Assembly: GCF_001194135.2 (NCBI RefSeq)
Contig: NC_068992.1
Coordinates: forward strand, 33,436,997-33,500,996
DNA: 64,000 nt
From: Octopus bimaculoides
Taxonomy: Eukaryota
Direction: 5' to 3'
In this document: in pieces, positions 53,746 through 64,000 of the stretch
Layout of the letters: every line of letters begins with the position of its first letter
Numbering within the stretch: the stretch's first letter is position 1
The notes under the pieces: model-generated
Seen by the model: only the letters and a program-made list of their open reading frames with translations
Database searches by the model: none
What the model was told of the DNA's origin: nothing
Position numbers and translations under genes: made by a program

Positions 53746-55070
53746 CATCATCAAGATCCACAGCAACAACAACTGATGCAAAATGACAAATCTAAAATTT
53801 AAAAATCCAGAAATGTTACCATGTGATCTGTATGCTGTATATAATTATAAAATGTTCATATCCAATAATTTAAGTTTCAAGAATAATTCTTTTAACTTGA
53901 ATTTTTCCTTTATATTTCTGTCATGAAACCTGAAATAGTGTTGTTGTAATAATTGTCTGTTTAAATTTTATCTTATTCTAAGACAATATAAAAAGTTTTT
54001 CTTTTTTTTTTTTCACAATTGATTATCATCTGACACACAGTGTTACTAATCATCTTTTCTGACTTTCTAACAATGCTTTCGCAGATACTGGTCATAGTAT
54101 TTTCAAAAGAAGAAGGGGAATTATGGTTATCACTAATAGATCTGCTTTAGTAAATCTACTATTGAAAAGTGATTATTATATTTTCAATTCATATTCTTTA
54201 ATAGCATCTTTATTCCCTTTGTCACTGATTGATAGACAGATTAATTCTAAAATTTCATTTATAATTTTCAAATTTTTATTTGAATCAATAAATTACAAAA
54301 CTCATCTTCCAGTTATTTTAGTTATGCACATTGCTAATCAATATAGAACAGTGGTAAGTTAACAAATCTTGAAATATGAAATATAGTGAAAAATTAGGGA
54401 CACACATTTAAGAACATGCTACAATAAGCCTGAAAAATACATTTGGTACAGGTCAGAAGAAATTTCAGTGCTAAAAATCTTAAATAATATCCTGTTACAT
54501 GTGATGCCTGCTTTTTTTTAAAAAAAGGAAGACATTTTACATTGCTAGAGTGTCATGCATCTAAACCCAGTGAACTTAGTAAGATCCTGCAATATAATGA
54601 CATCTACATTCAATGAAGGTAGACCTAAAATGATGTATTTTGATATAAGGTTGTACAACACATGGACAATTATTCACAGTTCATGACAAAGGTAAATCAG
54701 AAGTAAAGAACTAACCTGAACATTAGTCTTATAAAATTGCAATCAAGTTTTTAAGTTAAATAGAGGGGCAAATTAAATATAATTCATTCAAGAGATATAC
54801 AAAACTATTACTTTAGGGTAAATGTTAAAAGATTAAGCAAATGAAAGCAGATACCTAAATTTTGGGTAAGTAGACTTCAGATAACTTACTTTTCACCATT
54901 GTTATATTACACATGATTTTTGACATGTGGGAAAATTGTTTATCATATGCTCATAATTGTTGTATTTAGAGCATTGAATTTGTTTCTACTCATTTTAGGG
55001 GCAAAATTTTTCAGCATTCCTTTTTGAAATCACTTACAAATGAAGTCTCTGTTAAACCAAACTAATGATG

Positions 55071-55280
55071 TACAAGGGGGTGCTGGCTTTAAGGGTATCA
55101 TGAATGATTTGGTTGGAGGCCCAAATTTCCAAGTTCTTTTACAGGGCTTAGAAAAACTGAAGGATCACTGCAATAAGTGTGTGAATCTGAGAGGAGAATA
55201 TGTTGGATAAAATCATAATTAAATGAGCCTCCTGTATTTTGTTTTACCCAAAGCCAGGAACTTTTCAACACCCCCTTGTA
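55071..55280 (+). mobile_element. 210-bp mariner deletion derivative (MITE-like)
   Basis: TA|caagggggtgctg..ggcttt ... aaagccaggaacttttcaacacccccttg|TA; retains GLEKLKDHCNKCVNLRGEYV. Confidence 0.85.
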
Positions 55281-56194
55281 ATGTAACTTATATACCTATT
55301 CATTTGTAAAATTAAAAATAAATTACTTTTCAGTATAGAAGCATTTCCACAGGTCCATTAGTACTTGTAATTCACTCTTGGTACAAAAAAAGACAGTTCT
55401 CCATTACAATTCTATAGTTTAATCAATAGATTTGTATATCCGTCAGTGACTTGTTAAAACAATATGCCAATGCTGCCCCTGAACATTGAACCACTCTCAT
55501 CTTAACCTATGATTTTTATATTAGCAGTCTACTGTTTCTTAATACTTGCTGCATTATTACTGTATTCCTTCCTTGCTGTATTGATCCATGCCACAATCCA
55601 CTGAGTTCAATGTTGTGATACAAATAAAGTTCCTTACAATAAAGAGCATCAATTCTCATTTATGATTACGAGGGATAAAATTTGAAGACCTTTGCATGCA
55701 AGCAATCAATGGAGTATGTAATTCTAAGCCTCTATTCATGTTCTTAATAACCCTAATATTTCACTTGTTAGAATGACTACTTGAAGATAATATTTCATTT
55801 ACTAACATTAGTTTTATTCTATATAGTTCACTTTATAGTGTCTTGCTTGTTAAGGAAAATCTCAATACCTTCTAGTGAGTGGGCTATTCAGATGAATGTT
55901 GTTAATGTAAACAATTAAGTTTTATCATTATTATTATTATTAATAATAAGTCATCTAACCTTTAAGACATGCTCATTCACATAATATATACCCTAACACA
56001 CGCACAGACACACATATATATACATCATGTATATATGAATATATTTACTGGATATACTTTTATGATATTCTTATGGTCAAGATTCTCTCTCTACATATCT
56101 GTGTGTGTGTGTGTGTGCATCTGTGTGTATGTGTGTGTGTGTGCATCTGTGTGTATGTGTGTGTGTGTGCATCTGTGTGTATGTGTGTGTATGT

Positions 56195-56600
56195 ATGTGC
56201 AGGCACAGGCATAGCTGCGTGGTAAGAAGCTTGCTTCATAACCACATGGTTTCGGGTTCAGTCCCACTGCATGACACTTTGAGCAAGTGTTTTCTTCTAT
56301 AGTCTCAGGCCAATCAAAGCCTTATGAGTGGATTTGGTAGACAGAAACTGAAAGAAGCCAATTGTGTGTATAAATGTGTGTGTGTGTGCATGCGTTTGTG
56401 TTTGTCCCCCACCACTGCTTAACAACCAATGTTGGTGTGTTTATGTACCCATAACTTAGCAGTTCAGCAAATGTGATGGATAAAATAAGTACCAGGCTTA
56501 TCAAAAAAGAAATCAGTACTAGAGTCGATACACTCAACAAAAGAATATTCTTCATAGCAGTGCCACAGCATAGCGTCATGACTGAACAAGTAAAAGATAA
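56195..56600 (+). mobile_element. SINE family A, full length
   Basis: Head with gggttcagtccc B-box-like motif, central (TG)n, and 3' half. Confidence 0.9.
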
Positions 56601-56601
56601 A

Positions 56602-56635
<34 letters not shown>

Positions 56636-56681
56636 TTGTTTTGCAAGATTTTTTATGTGAAATCGTGTGTTGAAACAGATG

Positions 56682-57201
56682 TTGTTGTACTTGGGGATGG
56701 TCATATTGCCAGTTTAGCCAATAAAAACACACGCACTGTATATTTGGTGTTAANNNNNNNNNNNNNNNNNNNNNNNNNNNNNNNNNNNNNNNNNNNNNNN
56801 NNNNNNNNNNNNNNNNNNNNNNNNNNNNNNNNNNNNNNNNNNNNNNNNNNNNNNNNNNNNNNNNNNNNNNNATTTTTTTTTTTTTTTTTCAGCTTTATAT
56901 TACATTAATCTTAATCTTAATCTTATTTCGGCCAGAGTTCTTTCGTCACACTTCTGTGACCTCATCAGAGGAATACAAAATACAAAATGGCTGATAGTTA
57001 GCAAGGTGAGACACACATAAGAAAGAAGGAAACAAAGGACCACTGATGAGGTCACAGAAGTGTGACGAAAGAACTCTGGCCGAAATAAGATTAAGATTAA
57101 GATTAATGTAATATAAAGCTGAAAAAAAAAAAAAAATTAACACCAAATATACAGTGCGTGTGTTTTTATTGGCTAAACTGGCAATATGACCATCCCCAAG
57201 T

Positions 57202-57208
<7 letters not shown>
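56682..57208. repeat. essentially perfect inverted repeat (arms 56682-56968 / 57043-57208) containing a hammerhead motif and poly(A)
   Basis: Arms are identical base for base apart from the N gap (56754-56871) at the poly(T); 74-bp unique spacer. Confidence 0.85.
57037..57081 (+). ncRNA. candidate type I hammerhead ribozyme with one extra G
   Basis: GGACCA CUGAUGA G GUCACA-GAAG-UGUGAC GAAA GAAC UC UGGCC; 6-bp stem II, 3-bp stem I, minimal stem III. Confidence 0.55.
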
Positions 57209-57238
<30 letters not shown>

Positions 57239-57836
57239 AAACTCAAGCTTCACTAGCAATATGTGATGCTACAGAAGATATGCCAATTGCTTTGTGCAAA
57301 CAGATACACACGTGTATGCATACATACATATATATATATTTCATATCTGTGTATATGTATACATATGTGTATGCATGAATGTATAAGTGTATGAATATTT
57401 TGTGTATGTCCCTTTATTTCGTATCGCTCAGTTATACTTTGTTTACTTCCTCTTTTCATTTTTGCGTACTTGTTTATTCAATTTAAAAAGCAGTTGTTTA
57501 ACCTTGTTATCTTAGAAGGTCGTCAAATGTTAACTTCTTCTAAAGCGTATACCAACCCTTTGCTTAAATACTGCTATCATCTTAATGGCCTTCTGTTTCA
57601 CAGTAAATACCTATTAGCATTTTCAATTCATTGTGTGTATTACATAATTGTCACGTGTAGCATATAATCATTTTACTGTGTAGCCCTATTTCTCTAAATG
57701 CTGCAAGACAATTGCTATAGATTCAGAGTTTTACCTTTTTTGTTTTGTTATTGTAAAACTAGATGAAGTTTTAATCAAAGTACGTGTAAACAGCCTTAAC
57801 TTTGTCATCTTCAATAAGACAAACATTGGCAATTAG

Positions 57837-57883
<47 letters not shown>

Positions 57884-58574
57884 CCCTATATTTTTAGACT
57901 GTTTCTTTAAAATATTAAAAAGTAAATACTTTATATATTCCTACTATTAAGCATACTGTTCATAATATGTTGAAGGTATTATTTTAATATTATATAAAAT
58001 TTAGCAGTTTGATTTCCAGTTTTACTTTCTAATGAATCCTAAACCTTTATCTTCTCAGTTTTTATTATTGATCTTTATATCTAGTTTACCATCTATTATG
58101 TAATTTTGTTAATTACCTGCTTTGGCCACCAATTATTGGGCTGTTTATTGTACTGTCATTGGCTAAGTTGAATGCAAGAAGTTGCATTTTTAGACAAGAA
58201 TGACTCAACAGTAACTGAAATGCATTTCCATATATTTATCATTTCATACAGTTTATATATTACATGTGAAAAACCTACAAACTTGTCAAAGTTACTTATT
58301 TTTCTATAGACTGAAAAGTGATGAACAACTTTGATAAATTTTTGATCCTTATCAGGGTTTCATCAGAGATGTCTACATTATTTGATTAATCCCAGAAAAC
58401 AAGCTGCCAGTCTGTTCATATACACATCAATTGTAGTAGTTTCAAAGAAATGGAACTATTAATTTGCTTAGCAAAAACATATAACTGTTTATTTGATATG
58501 AGAGGCCTGTCAGCAGGGAACCCAGTCAACACAGTATGAAAATATGATATAACATATGTAAATTTACATTGAAA

Positions 58575-58780
58575 ATCATTAGGCCAGCAGTTTTGTGGGA
58601 GGGGGTAAGTTGATTAAATTGACCCCCAATGCTCAGCTGCTACTTATTTCATCAACTCCAAAAGGATGAAAGGCAAAGTTGACCTCTGTAGAATTTGAAC
58701 TCAGAATATCAAGTCGGATAAATGCCACTAAGCATTTTGCCTGATATATAACAATTCTGCCTGCTCACAGCCTTGTACTT
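58575..58780 (-). mobile_element. SINE family B (decayed)
   Basis: gacccc..aaaggatgaaaggcaaagttgacc..gaatttgaactcagaa..aatgccactaagcatttt. Confidence 0.7.
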
Positions 58781-60619
58781 CGTCTAATATTGAAAACTAT
58801 TGAAAATTATTCCATCATTGATTTTATGATGATCTTGGCTCAAGTTTCTAAATTCATAACCACCTATCATATCTTTCTACTTGTTCAGTCTCTTTCTTCT
58901 ATTTACAGCCATTTGCAATCATATATACTCTCAAATTTCATTTCGTTCTCATAGTTTCAAAAAGCCACCTTCAACAAGATTCTGAAGTTACAGTGATTCT
59001 GTTTAATGATATTCTGTTTAATAATATTAAACTTTACATCTTTTAGTGAATCATTTCATTTCATATTTGTTGCTTTATTTCCCAGATCATATGTGTTCAA
59101 GGGGACACACAAGTGTGTGTGTGTCTGTGTCTGTACATGCATGCAGTGCATGTGTGTGTGTGTATGTGCAGTCCTTTACATTTCAGAGTCTTTGCCTTCC
59201 TGAAAATCTTGCCATAACTCAGAATTTTGTAATGTAAAACCAATTTTTCCTATTGACTTCCATGTTTTTAATTATGATTCGTTCCAATAGAATTGGTAAA
59301 AACAAAAAAGAACCAGAGGACAAAAACATGTGCAATAACCACTTTTATTCCTAAAAAAACAATTTTTAAAGAAAACAGTGTAGTATATGCACAAAAAACA
59401 TTTTGAAGAGAATTGTGTCAGGGAAAAATATGAATATGGTGCTGTATGGCAATATATTGACCTCAAAAGATACTGACTGATGTGTGATGGTAGTTAATAG
59501 AAAAGATGGATACTATTTTCGCTTCTGATAATTACCATCAGCATCTGCTTCAGAGTTAAAGAACATACCAAAGTTGTTGACATTTATGATGCACGATATT
59601 TTTGTAAAGCTCGGAGGAGGAACAGAACTCATTATGAACTCCTCCTGTAATTTTTATGTCATGTTCTTCTCAATATGACTATTATCAGTAAAAACCTTCT
59701 GACATTTCTCTATAAGCTGCAAAATTTTTACCCATGTTCTTTACAGTTAACTGCAATTGACTTGATTGCCTCGTTCCAGTCACCTTGAATAAATATAATA
59801 CACAATGCTGTATTTTTTTTTATTTCAGTTTAATCCAACAGCAGCAACAATAGACAATAAAACCAAAGCAAACAGTAAAACAGTAGAATATGGGGAAAGA
59901 AATTATATTCTGCATCAGCAAAAAAGTAGCCATTTTTTTACTTCGAACACAAGAATGGAAATCATAAAATAAATTGGTGAAGGAATGAAATATTCAGATT
60001 GATTAAAACAAGCAGTGAGACTAAGATTAGTTGAATTGGAGAGAGCACAAGCAAGTAGAAATAAAGGCGGGAGCAGATATATGGTGGCAAGAATGTCAAA
60101 GGAAAGGAAAGGCAAGATTAGTTGAAATGGTGCACTTACAAAAACACTGATTGTAGAAGGATGAGGGCAGGTGTTTGCAATATAGTTAATAGGAAAGGAA
60201 AATAAAAAATACTTGTAGAAGGAATGAATAAACTTAATGTGTTAAATTAGTAGGCTGTAAGCAAGAAAATTTTGTAGAAAATGAAAACTGAACATTGATG
60301 AGAAATCAAGCATATTAAAGGACCACATCATTATTTCTAAAAGTTATTTTAAAGCATATATAGATATCATGGTGTCAGTTTTGAGCAAATTTACTTAAGT
60401 GTCCCATGATGCAGAATTATGTGCTGAACCCCAATATCGTTGGTTATACATAAGCACAGAAATTTGGTAGTTTTCTATGATACAAAGGATGCTCGTGTGT
60501 GTGTATATGCATGTGTGCATGTATGTATGTACTTATGAGTGTTTGCCTTTATACATGTATATATGTGTATGTGCATAACATAGATATATACTCTGTGTAT
60601 GTGTATGTGTATGTGTATG

Positions 60620-60650
<31 letters not shown>

Positions 60651-60666
60651 ATGTATGTATATATAT

Positions 60667-61557
60667 AATATATGAGTATATGCATATATATGTACATGTA
60701 TGTATATACCTTCATCCACATGTACATATAGATACATAACTGGGTATATGACGTGGCAAAAGAACATGGACAAAATGGAAAACAAGGTGCAACAAACAAG
60801 CAGGCCACATAGAAACATCCCCTTCATCAGATGCCACCATTAAAACCCCCACGTTTCGAAGAATTAAGGTAGTACGCATCGTTAAAATGGTTCTTCCCAC
60901 AAACACAAATTAAATTGTTTTCATGGAGGGTAGTGGCGGACGGAAAACAAGACAGGAAAACGAAACGGTGAAATAAAAAAACAAAAAGGCTGTACAGCCA
61001 GACGTGAAGTGTGTATGTATTGAACGCTGTGAAGCACGAACAGGAGGGGCAAAGACGTACGTGCGAGCTTGAGGAGTCCAAGAACGAAAATGAGCAACGA
61101 GAGGTAGAGAAGGAGAGAGATAGTAGTAGTAACAGTGGGAGGCGAAGGACGAGCAGCGAGAGAGAGAGAGAGATAGTAGTGACAGGGAGAGGCGAAGAAC
61201 AGTAGAGGGAAGAATGAGACGGGGAGAAGAGATAGAGAAAGAGAGAGTCGCGTTAGAAAAATAGTTAAAACTTACTGTATAAAGGTTAACGCCTGCGTTC
61301 TGTCGTGATACAAACAATATATGAGTATATGCATATATATGTACATGTATGTATATACCTTCATCCACATGTATATATATAGATACATAACTGGGTACAT
61401 GACGTGACAAAAGAACATGGACAAAATGGTAAACAAGGTGCAACAAACAAGCAGGCCACATAGAAACGTCCCCTTCATCAGCTGCCACCATTAAAACCCA
61501 GGCGTTTCTAAGAATTAAGGCAGTACGCATCGTTAAAATGGTTCTTCCCACGAACAC
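60667..61557. repeat. pair of ~240-bp direct repeats (60667-60906, 61316-61557) with a 409-bp spacer
   Basis: Directly alignable, roughly 90% by eye. Confidence 0.9.
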
Positions 61558-61559
61558 AC

Positions 61560-61590
<31 letters not shown>

Positions 61591-61739
61591 CTACAAAATG
61601 TTATATAGCGTTACCCAAGGTTCCGTGCCCACAAACCCAAAGCCTTGTCAACATCTCGCCAGACTCTACACAAATAAAATTTTTTTGAATATCTATGTCA
61701 CAGACATGAGAAAATACTCAAAACTCGAGGAATATGTAA

Positions 61740-63598
61740 AAGCATGACTGACTAAAATATTTCTTTGCGGTTGTTGAATGCACCAGTATTCTTAAAGTCC
61801 TTAAGAATTTTGGCTTTGTCTGCAATGCAGATCTTGCAATGGCCACTTCTCTTAATATACGGGCCCCAAAATCAATTAATTTCTACCTGACATCATACTG
61901 GATCCCTTGATCTTTGAGGTGCCACACACGGTAGGCCAGGGACGTGACAAACCATCTTTAGGGGACTCTGAAGGATGTCTAGAGGTTAAGAAAATGTTTC
62001 TTGACCGAAGTACTCGCTGAACCAATATATTTATGAACATGGAATGTGGTCCTATTCGCACTCCTGGTAACATATGACACAGGGATGGTCATCCCACCGC
62101 TGTCAAAGGTGAATGTTTGGTCCTCATCCGAGGTGGAGGAACTGGGAATGGCAGATATCTCCGCCAAGTCGCTGGTTCTGGCTAGATAATTATTTCCAGG
62201 CATGGCATTTCTGCAGCACTTCCTTTTATGGGTGCTAGGGCCAGGCTTGTAGGCGATGCAGTCCTTAAACCCACTCAATGCCAGTACCTCGTTGTAGTAG
62301 GGGGTAGCAACATCGAAGATATTTTGATTTGAGGATAGATTTGAGATCCTCTTGCTTACACCTTTTACTAGGTTCCTGAAAACAACGAGGGGGCAGGAGG
62401 TTGTGCTAATATAAGACAATCCCTCATTTGGTTTGTGATAGGGCCTGTATGTATCAGAGCCCAGATCTAAAGTAACATCTAAAAAATTTTCTGTGATGAG
62501 ATTAGTCTCAATGATGATCTTGAGACCCATTGAGCCTAAGGTGCTAATTAGGTCCTTTCTAAGACTATCTAACGTGTGACCATTGGCTCCTCTAGAGATG
62601 GCTAAGGTGTCATCTCTGTAGAGGCCAAAGCAGACTGAAGGAAACCTCTTCCCTAAGGTGTCCAGGATGTACAATCCGATAAGATCACAGACATCAGTAC
62701 AGTCATATGCTCTCATAGCTACATCAAAGGAGCCTTCAGGGTCAGATTGCTTGATCCAAGTTGAATCTTTGCTGAACAGCACCATCTTTCTGGCATGCAT
62801 ATCTCTAACATTACTATCATTAATATCTGCGAAGCCCTTGGCAAAAGAAAGTGCCTTCAATAATAACTCTTTAGAAATAAATGGATAAAAGTCGACAATG
62901 TTGAACTGTGTAAATCTATCCCTGCCTCTGTCCCAGTTGGCAATGAACCATGACGTTACTTCATTGGTGCTGCACCATAGAGGGAGGCTCGCATGTCTTC
63001 TTATGTCATCATTAATCCTCCTCAGTATATACTTGCTCATCCGGCCAATCTCAAACTTGGCCGGGTTGATCAGGTCGCATTTAGGGTAAGATGCAAAATT
63101 TGACTTGTGATATTTCAGAGTTATAAAAGGATTTCTCTTGGCCAAGATCTCTACTCTGTCTGCTATATCTAGATTAATTGCTATTTGTTCTAGCCTCACA
63201 ATTAATGTTATTGTAAGTGTTTGGGGAAGCATGTCTGTATTTTTGTGTGATTTAATCATTTAAAAGCCTATTATAAGTGTATGTATCTATCATGTATAAG
63301 TTTTTAGTCTTATCTTAAGAAGATTAAGGGACTGTTAGAGTTTCTTATTTTATGTATATCTTCACGGAATTTGCATTGAAAAAGGGAAAAGGACATATGG
63401 AATTTCAGCCTGGGTATTATGCTTCAAAGGCCTCGAGTTCGTTGATTCTCTGTGAGAACTTCCTAAACTTGATACTGTATGTAGTAGCCTAAAAATGTGG
63501 CATGATTTGATCATAGAAAAACGCCTTCCATCTCGTACTCCTCATAAGGTTTATCATTTTCTCTGGTAACATTTTCCTGTAAACCTCATAAGAAGGTA
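61740..63598 (-). pseudogene. near-full-length PLE ORF (YRDD-type RT plus C-terminal GIY-YIG), with frameshifts and stops
   Basis: 5' part RWKAFFY; the 426-aa ORF has FITLK.HK..LINPAK.EIG..IVDFYPFI..FDVAM..GLYRDD..FLDVTLD..YHKP..KYIGS; downstream WHLKD..CKIC..NNRKEI. Confidence 0.92.
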
Positions 63599-63599
63599 T

Positions 63600-63835
63600 C
63601 TCTTTTACTCTTTTACTTGTTTCAGTCATTTGACTACGGCCATTCTGGAGCACCGCCTTTAGTCGAGTAAATCGACCCCAGGACTTATTCTTTAGATGCC
63701 TAGTACTTATTCTATCGGTCTCTTTTGCCGAACCACTAAGTTACGGGGACATAAACACACCAGCATCGGTTGTCAAGCCATGTTGGGGGGACAAACACAG
63801 ATACACAAACATATACATACATATATATATATATA
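63600..63835 (-). mobile_element. SINE family A, 3' half
   Basis: tttacttgtttcagtcatttgac..ggagcaccgcctttagtcg..gccgaaccactaagttacggggac. Confidence 0.9.
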
Positions 63836-63839
63836 TATG

Positions 63840-64000
63840 GGAGAATATACAAATAAAAACAACAGACGAGGACAGGTGGTGTAAATAACAAAAGTATATA
63901 TTAGTATGACGCTCAGGAATACGGAAAGTCTTTGACGTTTCGAGCTACGCTCTTCAACAGAAAGAATACGGAGACAAGGAGAAAAACACGGAGAAAAAAA
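63840..64000 (-). repeat. PLE pLTR copy with variant hammerhead core (63926-63966)
   Basis: Minus strand: UCUUU CUGUUGA A GAGC-GUA-GCUC GAAA CG UC AAAGA; homologous to 45540-45690. Confidence 0.65.

Noticed and set aside
59530-59730. Exon-like segment (..SSVPPPSFTK..|GTATGT on the minus strand)
   Set aside because: Poor acceptor, in-frame TAA upstream and no homology recognised.
60667-61557. Direct repeats read as a CRISPR array or as the LTRs of an LTR retrotransposon
   Set aside because: Only two 240-bp units, no short repeat-spacer periodicity or cas genes, no TG..CA ends, PBS or gag-pol; eukaryotic context.

Overview
AT-rich eukaryotic DNA that is almost entirely repeat-derived, very microsatellite-dense, and broken by 7 assembly gaps. 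The tRNA-derived SINE families and (TA/CA/GAT/AAT)n density resemble an Octopus-type cephalopod genome; this is inference from recalled repeat families, not a database hit. No host protein-coding gene can be supported, so the window is probably intronic or intergenic. Every recognisable coding sequence is a decayed transposon: RTE LINEs (one family with a C4HC3 zinc finger), an R4/Dong-type LINE holding a solo LTR with a 5-bp TSD, at least three Penelope-like element (PLE; RT + GIY-YIG) lineages, mariner and maT/DD37D transposons, Helitron fragments and three SINE families. The most interesting signal is not in the ORF track. It is a set of non-coding fold-back (inverted-repeat) elements at 6.0-8.7, 17.2, 41.1 and 56.7-57.2 kb. 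Two carry recognisable type I hammerhead-ribozyme cores (8.2/8.5 kb and 56.9/57.0 kb), and a variant hammerhead core occurs twice in PLE terminal repeats (45.6 and 63.9 kb). PLE-associated hammerheads are a known class; whether these particular cores cleave or are new families cannot be determined here. Identities quoted are by-eye estimates.
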